Source: Adineta ricciae (Eukaryota). From it: DNA of 35,664 nt. Below are positions 9,517 to 18,890 of this stretch, piece after piece. The stretch is taken from NCBI GenBank assembly GCA_905250025.1, contig CAJNOJ010000205.1, positions 108,628 to 144,291 of the forward strand. The letters run 5' to 3'. Under the pieces are notes generated by a model. It was not told the origin of the DNA. It saw nothing but the letters and a program-made list of their open reading frames with translations, and searched no databases. Each line of letters opens with the position of its first letter. The stretch's first letter is position 1. The translations under genes and the position numbers were made by a program.

Positions 9517-11559
9517 TCATTTAGGCAGAAGGTTTTGTAAATACCATTGATATCCATCCTCATAATTTTGGTTATAAAAATGTAATAAACAATCAAGAAA
9601 ATCGTCGACGAACATACTATTAGATGATTGATTGCAGCTGACCACAGGTAATTTGCCTAAGTATGTGCAAGACCAATTGCTTGTGTATCGAACGAACGAA
9701 CACATCAGAGGTATACAGCCGGACCCTGGCCAACTACACGGCATGCGACCAACAATATGGTTGGGTTGCAACATATTCTTAGTTTGTTTCACTTGGTTTA
9801 CTGTGATTGGAATCACTTTTCTAGATATAATTTTGATGCAGTTCGTGATCGCAGTGCTGCGCGTATTGAAATTTTGTTTGCCGAGAAACTGATAAACAGC
9901 ATTGCCTAATGCGTATTGCTCGATACAGAAAGCTGAACCGGGAAATGATGGATTCGGATCTTGATAAACTGAGAAAGGCTGCGGTTCAATCCATTTAATC
10001 CATGCTTGTTTCCACAGGGAGAAGAACGAAGAGATGACCGTTGATTTGAATCCCATAAAACAAGCTTGTGGTATCATTGCTAACGGATGCTGTTCACACC
10101 ATTTCTTTATGAAATCGGTATCGTACATAACATGGTCAAGAATAAAGTAGAACATTTGTGAAGATGAATGAAAATCATGTAAACTAGATGTCATATTATT
10201 GTAAATGGCCGTATCGGAATCCATCCAGTAGATTTCTTCGAATCCATCATAAGAAAATTTGATAATATCAAGTTTATACTGTGTTAAATTCCAGTCTTTT
10301 AGAATTGGCGAACTTGAAATTGGTTTACATAAAATCCGGTAATGGTATTGTCGACTAATGTTATTCAAAACTAAGGATTTCGTATCTTCATTCATTACTA
10401 ACAGTCCAACCATAATATTTGGTGTCGATGCTAAGAAAGAATTTATTGAATTGATTGTCATTGTTGTATATCGTTCAGTGCCATCGGCAAAAAAGCAGAC
10501 AATCGCTGATGGGACTTTATAAAGTTTCGAACAGTTTTCAAAAGCAGATGTGTATAAGCCAGAAATCATATATTTCGATAATTCATCATTAAGATTTCCT
10601 TTGGGATTTTGTGTCAGGGATTTAACTAGCCAACGTTGTAAAGCCGCATGCAACATTGCTTGATTTGATATAACAAGATCAGTGTGATCGAGAATATCTG
10701 TTAGAACCTCGAGAGGAAGTTTTAGAAAGTCAGCCTGGTGGCAAATATAGAGAAAGTATTTCGCCGCAGTCTCAATGCATTGCTTGCGTATGGTTGCCCA
10801 GTTATGGGAGAGATACTTCTCTAAGAATAATAAACGTAAGCAATTATGTGCATCGATGTGACTCGCAAGAGAATTCAGCAAAACCTTGTGTAAGGATAGA
10901 ATTTGGTACATGTCGGCAATTTCTAATAGCGATTCTAATTGGTCAAAGGTGAGTTTTTCGACTTCCATCACACCGGTGTAAAGATACTTTAACATATCTG
11001 AGAATACTTGAACATCGTTGACTTGTAATGATATAGTTTTGCTGGTAGATTCCGTCATGCCACTCTGAAACATGGCTGCGAAATAATCGGAACCAGCTGC
11101 TAGAATCGCTCGATGTGCTTTGTAACGATTCACATCATTGACAATCAATTCCACATCGAACATCAGATGATCAGTGTAGAGAATCATACCAACGTCATGG
11201 TAACGGGTTCGTTCATTTTGTGTAATTGTCTCTTGTGCATCGTATCGGTCGAGAATCAGTTGCATGAAATCTTCTCTATCAAGAATATTGCTATCTTTAT
11301 TTTTTCTTTCATTTGGATTCAAACGCCAATGTTCGTTATTGATTTTATATTTATATTCGTAGGAATCGGGTACGAGTTGTATGACTTGACTGAAAACAAA
11401 TTCTTCGGCGTTTCTCTGATAAGCATATGTCAGTATCGCAATAGGTTCTGTCCAACTCGTCTTTGAAAATGAACCGTACAGTTCGATACGATCGGATCTC
11501 GACTTTGCACAAAATTGAAATGTAACAGGATACTTTCGTTGTCTCCAACACTGAGCCAT
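9517..11559 (-). CDS. Intronless 680-aa fusion protein: N-terminal CBM48/AMPK-beta-type glycogen-binding module + BTB/POZ + BACK + C-terminal nucleotide-diphospho-sugar glycosyltransferase-like (GT8/glycogenin-like) domain
   Basis: 2043-nt ORF. CBM48-like motif VTFQFCAKSRSDRIELYGSFSKTSW…YEYKYKINNEHWRLNPNE (compare AMPK beta GBD TFRW…VYLSGSFNNW…HQYKFFVDGQW.HDP). BTB motif FDVELIVNDVNRYKAHRAILAAGSDYFAAMFQSGMTE…ISLQVNDVQVFSDMLKYLYTG. BACK-like DAHNCLRLLFLEKYLSHNW…MLHAALQRWL. C-terminal ~330 aa carry a DxD-like IYWMDSDTAIY and a later FCIEQYALGN, reminiscent of the DQ..LN motif of GT8 enzymes. The antisense ORFs 9632-9892 and 11113-11466 are spurious. Confidence 0.75.
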   Translation of the reverse strand: MAQCWRQRKYPVTFQFCAKSRSDRIELYGSFSKTSWTEPIAILTYAYQRNAEEFVFSQVIQLVPDSYEYKYKINNEHWRLNPNERKNKDSNILDREDFMQLILDRYDAQETITQNERTRYHDVGMILYTDHLMFDVELIVNDVNRYKAHRAILAAGSDYFAAMFQSGMTESTSKTISLQVNDVQVFSDMLKYLYTGVMEVEKLTFDQLESLLEIADMYQILSLHKVLLNSLASHIDAHNCLRLLFLEKYLSHNWATIRKQCIETAAKYFLYICHQADFLKLPLEVLTDILDHTDLVISNQAMLHAALQRWLVKSLTQNPKGNLNDELSKYMISGLYTSAFENCSKLYKVPSAIVCFFADGTERYTTMTINSINSFLASTPNIMVGLLVMNEDTKSLVLNNISRQYHYRILCKPISSSPILKDWNLTQYKLDIIKFSYDGFEEIYWMDSDTAIYNNMTSSLHDFHSSSQMFYFILDHVMYDTDFIKKWCEQHPLAMIPQACFMGFKSTVISSFFSLWKQAWIKWIEPQPFSVYQDPNPSFPGSAFCIEQYALGNAVYQFLGKQNFNTRSTAITNCIKIISRKVIPITVNQVKQTKNMLQPNHIVGRMPCSWPGSGCIPLMCSFVRYTSNWSCTYLGKLPVVSCNQSSNSMFVDDFLDCLLHFYNQNYEDGYQWYLQNLLPK

Positions 11560-11745
11560 AGTTTGAATCGAATGAAATGCTTTTTATTATCGAAAAGTAT
11601 GTATTTACTTTAGTCATTTTCTTACTTTTTCTGTCTGTCGAAAGTAACAACGGTAAATATCAGTAGCACATGTAGGAAGAACAAAAAACGAAAACAGTTG
11701 TGTAAGTAACAATTTCTTTAGCTATAGATGCACGTTTGACAAAAC

Positions 11746-12845
11746 CTATTCAGGTACGATTACACATCGATAGTAAACAGATCCGTCGGATGGTATTGTT
11801 TTTGGATCTTCATAGACATAGTTTGATTCCATTGCCATAAATACATGTATCTCATCGTAGCTCGATTGGAGGAAGGCATCAGCATCACCTCCAGTTGGGA
11901 CATGTTTATACGAAGAATACCTTAATAGAGCATAGAAGTTGCCTACTAACAGGCCGCTGACCGTGACTGTTCCGTTCATCTCTCGCGGTTCAGGGAAAAA
12001 GTATGGTACTTGTTCATCACATGCCGAAACAGACAGATGAACGGGTAATGTTACTCCATCCTTATCAACGATCCCCGTAATAGCGATACCATAATCGATC
12101 TATAATATCATGTAGACTGGAGTACATTGCATAGTGAGAAAATTCTTACATTCAATGGTAAACATCCGTCGTCAGCATCTTCTTTATCATCAATGCTTGC
12201 TCGTGTTGCTGCAAACTCTTTTTCGTTTAAACCCTTTTCGATTTGTTGAAGTTCGTATAAATCATAGTAGATGAGTTTATCATGATCCGGATCATGCTCA
12301 TCTTCATTTTCATATTTTATGCCAACTGCAGGAACGATATGATCATAGTCGTCACAATCGTCGTCAGGAAGAAAGATGCCAAATACGACCGGATGTCCTC
12401 GTAGAATTGATCGTTTCATCCACTGGCAAAATTGACGGAATTGCGGTTGAGGAGTGTCCTTCCAATTCCATTCGTCATATGTCAAATGAAGTTGTGTCAA
12501 AGTTTGCAATGGATCTCGACGATCTTCGGACGATACTGGTTGCAGAAGATATTCACCTTTGTTAATTTTACGGATCAGACCTTGAGAAATCCAAGCACCG
12601 AATTTGAGAGCTAGTGATATATGATAGTGCAATGAAAGAAAGAGTAACCTTCACTTGCGATATTTACCGATCGATTGAATGGATACTTCGCCACAGAAGC
12701 CATTTCCATGTTTCCATTGTAAGCGTGGTGGAATACTGAGTAAAACAGTTGTTGCAGACATGTGTGTTTTTGTTCTTACCGTAGTTCGATGTCGATCTGC
12801 TCGAATATGCGGCATTATATACAGGTAGAATTTTACAGATGTCAA
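11746..12845 (-). CDS. Three-exon gene, hypothetical protein (~330 aa) with conserved Cys…His…Asp-type residues (possible papain/transglutaminase-like hydrolase fold; unassigned): join(12668..12845, 12150..12610, 11746..12099) on the minus strand
   Basis: Exon 1 (start at 12845, 12815 or 12761) ends …GNGFCGEVSIQSI G|gtaaat. The 57-nt intron is 12611-12667 with acceptor cactag. Exon 2 reads (A)LKFGAWISQGLIRK…HPVVFGIFLPDDDCDDYDHIVPAVGIKYE…DADDGCLPLN|gtaaga. The 50-nt intron is 12100-12149 with acceptor tattatag. Exon 3 reads IDYGIAITGIVDKDGVTLPVHLSVSACDEQVPYFFPEPREMNGTVTVSG…RCVIVPE*. Phases are consistent (1, 0). Confidence 0.55.
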
Positions 12846-13331
12846 TAATGTAACTCGTTACAACGCATTAATTGCGCAAGATATCTTAAAAATGACTTTG
12901 GTGGATTCTTCCTTTCTGGCATAGATAAGAATATTACCTTGGCATGCACGTTACGACATTATGTTTTTTCTTCTTTCTTTCTTTTCCACGCTTAATATCT
13001 ATCATGGACGACAACATGTTTTTTTCTTTTCGTCTTCATGCAAGCATGAAAAAAACAAATATACTATTTCGCTTTCCTTGTCAATCGTTCGTTCTCTCGT
13101 ATACCCACTCGGTTCCAATTGCACTACTGCTCTCAGTCAAGCCTATGCAAATATCATTGCAAACTATAGATAACATGAACTACGCGTTGTTCTTGTTTAC
13201 AAACATTGAAGATTAAATGCTTGATACTGACTGACAAGCTGTAGTCAATTTAATTATCGAGTATTCTGAGAGCATAAAGACAAAGTTACACAAAGCGTAC
13301 AAGAATATCTATGTAGTAGTTTATCGCGAGT

Positions 13332-14633
13332 CTATTGTGCTTCATTCCGGCTATTTGGATTCACTCGTCTCGTTTTCCATTTTCGAATGCAATATGCCAC
13401 CAACTCGACTGTCAAAGGTACAGTCAATTTTAGCACTGTTGCTAAACCACCAACTAATCCAATTAATGTTGTTATTATGTAAATAGGAGCATTTTGCGTC
13501 TCATAACTATAAACACATTCTACTGGCTGACATTGCTCATAATAAATTTCATACATTGTGTTGATATTCCATTGTTCGATCATCAAGTTTTTCAGAAGAT
13601 CGTTTACTGTTGAATTTATGCGATAGTTGCTTGATAATGAAATATTCAAAAATGTTATGTTCGATGGACGTTTGTCCGACATGTACAATTGAATTGTGTC
13701 GATACAATTCTGATCATAAAGGCACTCTAGTGTTGATTTGAGTAGTGCTTCAACTGTATAGCACCCGACATCGAAACCAGGTATTAAAAGCGACGGCAAA
13801 TCGGTAGAATTATCCCAAATGTAAGTCGATTCAGTACATTGAGCCGAGTGAGCGCAACTACAGTTGTTATAGGTACGCTGCGCCGTACTAACTGAAGATC
13901 CGCTTGGTCCGGTAAAAAAGTCATGACTTGACAAAGTTCCTGATGTAAGAGAGTTGCTTTGAGTCGTTTCGCGTATCATCGAAATAGACGACAGAAAATC
14001 ATTGATTGTGAAGAGTTTAAACTCAGTAATCAATGCTTGAATTTGTAATTCAAGCACCTTATACGATGTGACAGATGATCTAATATATTGACTTGAATAG
14101 AATTGATTTAGAGCATTCGAAATCGTCTGATTGCTCAACGTGCAGAAGTCACTAAGTGCACGAAATCTGTATATGAAGTTCATTCGGAAGTCATTTGGAT
14201 TGATGGACGTCGGATCAGCTTTAGGTATAGTATTAATCCATTCTTCAGATACGAAAATACTTGTACAGATTTGATGAAATGTGTAATTAACATCAAGAAT
14301 CGCTTTGTAGCTAATTGAGATTTGTTTACATGGACAGGATAGCGTTTGAGAATATGAAGAATTGAGACGAGCATACTCTTCATAGGAAGGTACTGGCACG
14401 TGGACTCTCTTCGTGATTTTCACAACGGATGTGTAGAGAAGAAGAATGGCCAATGATAGAATGAAGAGAACAAGAAATATTCGAGTGGAAATTATTTGAT
14501 TGCAAAGCTTGTACTGATCAGTTGAAGGTGGAATCGACGGAAACAGATTGAAGTTTTGTAACGAGTATTTTAACTTTTCATACAATATATTGACTCGTTC
14601 ACGAGTAGTTAACACTGCAAACGTAGAAAACAA
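13332..14633 (-). CDS. Two-TM glycoprotein, family member A (433 aa, intronless): cytoplasmic N-tail, signal-anchor TM, ~330-aa Cys- and N-glycosylation-site-rich ectodomain, C-terminal TM and basic tail
   Basis: 1302-nt ORF. TM1 is IFLVLFILSLAILLLYTSVV. The ectodomain has many NxS/T sites and about 12 Cys. TM2 is IYIITTLIGLVGGLATVLKLTVPLTVELVAYCI followed by RKWKTRR. ~50% identical to the downstream paralog. No family recognised. Confidence 0.7.
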   Translation of the reverse strand: MFSTFAVLTTRERVNILYEKLKYSLQNFNLFPSIPPSTDQYKLCNQIISTRIFLVLFILSLAILLLYTSVVKITKRVHVPVPSYEEYARLNSSYSQTLSCPCKQISISYKAILDVNYTFHQICTSIFVSEEWINTIPKADPTSINPNDFRMNFIYRFRALSDFCTLSNQTISNALNQFYSSQYIRSSVTSYKVLELQIQALITEFKLFTINDFLSSISMIRETTQSNSLTSGTLSSHDFFTGPSGSSVSTAQRTYNNCSCAHSAQCTESTYIWDNSTDLPSLLIPGFDVGCYTVEALLKSTLECLYDQNCIDTIQLYMSDKRPSNITFLNISLSSNYRINSTVNDLLKNLMIEQWNINTMYEIYYEQCQPVECVYSYETQNAPIYIITTLIGLVGGLATVLKLTVPLTVELVAYCIRKWKTRRVNPNSRNEAQ

Positions 14634-14695
14634 AACTATATTGCATTTCTGAGATGAAAGTCAATGTTTCAAGTAACACGGTACAATTTATTGTG

Positions 14696-15980
14696 TCACT
14701 CACCGTTGAATGTGTTTTGTTGTCGCTTTTTTCGTCTTATCAGCTTCACTACGAATGGTACCAAGATCCTCAGACCTGTTGATAGACCGCCAATTAACCC
14801 AATCAACGTTGTAATGATGTAAAGCAAATCATTCCTCGTCTCATAAATATAAGTGCATTCAGCAGGGTGACATTGCTTGTAATAATCTTCATGGTTGACG
14901 GACGAATTCCACTGTTCGATCATTAAATTTTGAAGAATGTCATTGAAGGTAGTGTTGATTAAGTAGTTACTGGGAAGTGATGAATTCAGAGCTGTTACTG
15001 CGATTGGTGGAGAATATGTCACATACGATATAACTGTGTCGATACAATTTTGATCGTAGAAGCACTGAAGTGTTGATTGAAGTAATGATTCGATTACATA
15101 GCATCCAATGTAGAAATTCGGTACTTTAAATAGAGGCATAGAGACTGGATAAGTGTAAATAGAAGATTGTCGGACACAGGTACTTGAAGTGGGACAAATG
15201 CAATCATCATCAAATCGGGCCAAATGTATTGCCAAAGAACTTGTAAATCGATCGATACGTATTGTGTAACCGACGAGAAAGTTCGAAAGCAAAGCATTGC
15301 CTTGAGTTGTTTCTCGAACCATAGTGAGCGATGACGAAAAGTCATTAATTATTGACAATTGAAATTGATCGATTAACGCTTGAACTTGAGATTGGAACAC
15401 ATCATAGAGTATGACAGAAGCAGTAACAAATTGATTCGAATAGAATCGATTCAGACTATCCGATATTGTCTGATCAATCAAGTTACAGAAGCTTTTGATG
15501 GCTTGTAATGCAGAAGGGAGTGTGTTTCGAAAATCATCCACAAAAAGATCGATTCTTCCGACTACTACTGTAGGACTCAAATTCAAACCATTCATCCGAC
15601 AGGAAAAAACTTGTACAAACTTGATGTAATGTATAATTGACATGAAGGATGTCTCTGTAATCAATCGAGATATTTTGACATGGACAGGATAATGTTTGAG
15701 AATATGAAGAATTGAGACGAGCATACTCTTCATAGGAAGGTGCTGGCACGCGGACTGTCTTCGTGATTTTCACAACGGATGTGTAGAGAAGAAGAATGGC
15801 CAAAGATAGAATGAAGAGAACAAGAAATATTCGAGTGGAAATGATTTCATTTCGAAATTGATGTGCATCTGTAATGGATTCCATGGACGGGAACAGATTG
15901 AGATGCTGTAGATATGTTTTGCATTTGTCCCATAATCGATGCATCTTGTGGGAAATGGTGTCTGACACTGGAATAGCCAT
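14696..15980 (-). pseudogene. Tandem paralog B of the two-TM glycoprotein gene, split into two overlapping frames (15534-15980 and 14696-15733) by an apparent 1-nt frameshift near 15583; a recent pseudogene or a sequence error
   Basis: The N-terminal frame MAIPVSDT…ISTRIFLVLFILSLAILLLYTSVVKITKTVRVPAPSYEEYARLNSSYSQTLSCPC…SDEWFE matches paralog A and then runs into a stop. The second frame resumes homology at LSPTVVVGRIDLFVDDFRNTL… and continues through the C-terminal TM IITTLIGLIGGLSTGLRILVPFVV and RRKKRQQ. Confidence 0.6.
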
Positions 15981-16434
15981 GTCAAATAGATTTCGATTTG
16001 TGTTAAGGCTCTTACATACTTGCGATTCGGTTGACGAGAAAAGTGGAAAATTCAGTTTTTGTTGCGGAAAAGTTTATAAGCAGGCACCCGTATCTGCCAT
16101 TTTGAAAAAATGATGGTTATACAGTAAAAACTACTTCTCTTCAAGGACGGCATTAACATACGGTCCTCTGATTTTTAAGATTATTTCTTTTCTTCACGTT
16201 TTAATTGAAACGTTAATTATAGTCGACATCCGGAGAAAATAATTTGTCACGTTTTATGTAAATACTCAAAGCAATATCAATATTCTTTCTCTTTCCTGTT
16301 TCCATAGAAACGAGCCGTCTTCGGTATTGCAATTAAAACAAGGAAATCAAAGTTTGAACAAGCCTTTATTGTTTATTTGTTACGGATAAAATGCATATGA
16401 GATGCATGCAATCTTTCTTTTTATTTCACATTGT

Positions 16435-17721
16435 TCAAGAAGAACTAATTAAATCTTCGACTGTGCACCAATATTCATCCCATCCAATTCCTTCTTGAAC
16501 CCAATCCGCACTCTCAACTGGGAACAATGCATCCATTACCATTTGTGCAATTTTCAAATAAGGCAGTGTATCATGTGCAGTGTCGAATTTCTCTGCATAC
16601 ATCAGTGCTCTGATTGTCTTCAGCACATGTTCATCGGGATGTGTTAAGCATTTCTCGATCAGAGGCAGCCATGGATTTATTGCATCGGAATACAGATGCT
16701 CGTTTGATACTTGATATTCATTGCATAAATAATCAACATTGAGCTTTGGTCGGCCACGTGCAACGTAGTATAAAAGGTCAGTTGCGAACTTTGCTTTCAT
16801 CAATTTCAACTGATTTTGTTTGCTTTGAAGTGAATGAACGATAATATCCAAGAAGAGACCACTTGTAGTTGCATGCATGAGAAAAAAATCCAGACGAGGT
16901 GGTTTGTTTGGTCGTATAGCAGCTACATTTGCTAGAATACTCGTTCGTCTAGCGTCATTCAAGTCTGGTTTCCACATTCGTGCATATTCTGCAATTAACG
17001 GACCACCACCTCTTTGTAGAAGTACGGGCGTTTTCGGTCGAGCATCGGTGTAAACGATCATATCATCAAATCGATGATCATTTCTGATCAGTTCAATAAT
17101 TTCCAAAGCTGTTTTATCACCATCTCCACTAAAATTCGAATCTAAACGATCGACAACATCTTTAACATTGATTCGATCAACCGCTGCCATAGCTAGACCT
17201 TCAATGGCCATTCCTTTCGATTGAAACTCAAGAGCATATCCAAGATGAATGAATGGATGATAAGCGCCAGCCAAAATAAGACCAAGATATCCTTTGTTAA
17301 ATGTATAATCTTCGATTAGAGCTTCCATCTTTCCTTGATACTTTTCACTGATTAATTCATTTTTAAAGAATTCCAAATAATCATGATAATACTTATCGTC
17401 ACCTAAGCATTTTTCGGGATCGAAGTTATCTCTTTGATCAAGTGCAGCTAAAGGCTGTTGAATTTTTGTATGTTGTTCAAAGATGTGTTTCAACGTTTGA
17501 GAAGAAGCACCGAATCCTAAAGCAGCTAGAAGATGATGCGCAGTATGATTGTGAAAACCGCCTGGAATATTGAAAAACAGATGATGAACTTCGTGATTCT
17601 TTTCGAGGAGATCAGAACATGTTCGAACTGCTTCAGGTTGAATACCAGGTAATAGACAGACATCATTTTTTCTGAGAAATTCATTGCATGACAAAGCAAA
17701 CATGATGCAGTAAGTTAGCAC
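16435..17721 (-). CDS. DUF4243 / questin-oxidase-like (fungal-bacterial type oxidoreductase family) protein, 428 aa, intronless
   Basis: 1287-nt ORF. N-terminal region HHLFFNIPGGFHNHTAHHLLAALGFGAS and later AYHPFIHLGYALEF resemble the conserved His-rich motifs of the questin oxidase/AflY-like DUF4243 family. The family assignment is from memory only. CT-rich tract just upstream on the + strand (17788-17810). Confidence 0.55.
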   Translation of the reverse strand: MLTYCIMFALSCNEFLRKNDVCLLPGIQPEAVRTCSDLLEKNHEVHHLFFNIPGGFHNHTAHHLLAALGFGASSQTLKHIFEQHTKIQQPLAALDQRDNFDPEKCLGDDKYYHDYLEFFKNELISEKYQGKMEALIEDYTFNKGYLGLILAGAYHPFIHLGYALEFQSKGMAIEGLAMAAVDRINVKDVVDRLDSNFSGDGDKTALEIIELIRNDHRFDDMIVYTDARPKTPVLLQRGGGPLIAEYARMWKPDLNDARRTSILANVAAIRPNKPPRLDFFLMHATTSGLFLDIIVHSLQSKQNQLKLMKAKFATDLLYYVARGRPKLNVDYLCNEYQVSNEHLYSDAINPWLPLIEKCLTHPDEHVLKTIRALMYAEKFDTAHDTLPYLKIAQMVMDALFPVESADWVQEGIGWDEYWCTVEDLISSS

Positions 17722-17888
17722 GAGTGATGTAAGGACAAAAAGTTGATCTAATGGTTATCGCCATTCACGTGGCGTGTATTATTTATCTTTTTTCTTTCTT
17801 TTCTTCAACAATGTCGTTCGTTTTATTTCGTTCTCTTTACGTAATATGTTGACTTATATACAATCAGATTTATTCTGCAATTGAATTT

Positions 17889-18627
17889 TTAGTATTTATT
17901 CACTGTATCTGTTCGTCTACATGATCCTACATTTTTCCATTTTGCTTTAAACCCTGGTAAATTCAAGCTGGGCAGTTTCTTCGTCGGACTTTCTCCTGGC
18001 TTGTTCGTTTGGAGAGCTTGATATTTTATTCCATGAGCACTCACTAAGCTACCACGCAAGTATTTCATCGTCGTATTCCAAACAGGTGGGCATCTTTGAG
18101 GATCATCTTCTAGTTTAATCGATGTTTCACTGCATAAGCCTTTCCAATTGTCAAAATCTGAATTGTAACTTGCCTTTCGTTGACGAAGGAAACATTCGAC
18201 AGCGGCATTATCGCATTGGCAAGTTCTATAAGCACATGTTCCTTCCGGGTCGATGCATTGAATAGTTCCATTCGACATCTTTTTATATTTGTAAGCTTTT
18301 AATAATGGCCTGCACTTCTCGACGGCGGCTTCCGCACTTCCATAACAGTTATCATGTACTTGGCAGCAACGATCTGTTGCATCGACAACCAAATTACCAC
18401 GTTTACCTTTGCCACACCTGAAACGAAGGGAAAGATAATACTTTATTGACACATCGAAAACTTTACCAGCATCCGTAACCATTGTATGCCAGAGGATTGC
18501 CAATAGTGTCGAGAATCAAAGTACCGAATTCAATAACATTCCGATTTTGAATACCAGACACGGCATCTAATAAATCATAGGTGATATTCACAAGAAAGAA
18601 AATATAGAGAAGGTTAACGAAGGACAT
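17889..18627 (-). CDS. Secreted phospholipase A2 (group I/II/X-type sPLA2) with C-terminal extension; 2 exons: join(18467..18627, 17889..18417) on the minus strand, 49-nt intron
   Basis: Exon 1 is MSFVNLLYIFFLVNI… (signal peptide) …AYNGYGCW ending TG|gtaaag. Acceptor tttcag. Exon 2 reads CGKGKRG (Ca-binding loop YGCxCGxGG), DRCCQVHDNCYGSAEA (His-Asp catalytic dyad motif CCxxHDxCY) and TCQCDNAAVECF. 229 codons in total. Confidence 0.8.
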
Positions 18628-18831
18628 TGCATCTAATCAAGTACACTTTGTTTTCGTTTGAGAAAAGTGCGGATCTTAAATATGAAATATCCTTGTAAAT
18701 TGAGGATTAGGTGTTTTCATTAATGTCTGGAAAAGTAATGAAGAATCACGTACAATCAGCTCGAAAACAGGTTTGTTAACGATTTTATTTCGTTTTAGAT
18801 TACCAATTCTATTTCTAGACGATGAAATAAG

Positions 18832-18890
18832 AAAAAAAAACTGTTTGAAGTCAACACTACTCCATACATTTCAATAAATAAATAAATAAT
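18832..18890. repeat. Low-complexity: A9 run followed by the microsatellite (aaat)n aataaataaataaat
   Basis: Direct reading of the sequence at 18832-18840 and 18869-18886, in the intergenic region between the sPLA2 and PARP-like genes. Confidence 0.5.

Noticed and set aside
13332-14633. P2X-receptor identity for the two-TM glycoprotein family
   Set aside because: The C-terminal TM (IITTLIGLVGGLATVL…AYCIRKWK) superficially resembles P2X TM2 (…IGSGLALLG.ATVL…YC.KK). The N-terminal YxTxK motif, the ectodomain Cys pattern and the NFR/GYNFR motifs of P2X are absent, and the N-terminal cytosolic segment is too long. Left unassigned.
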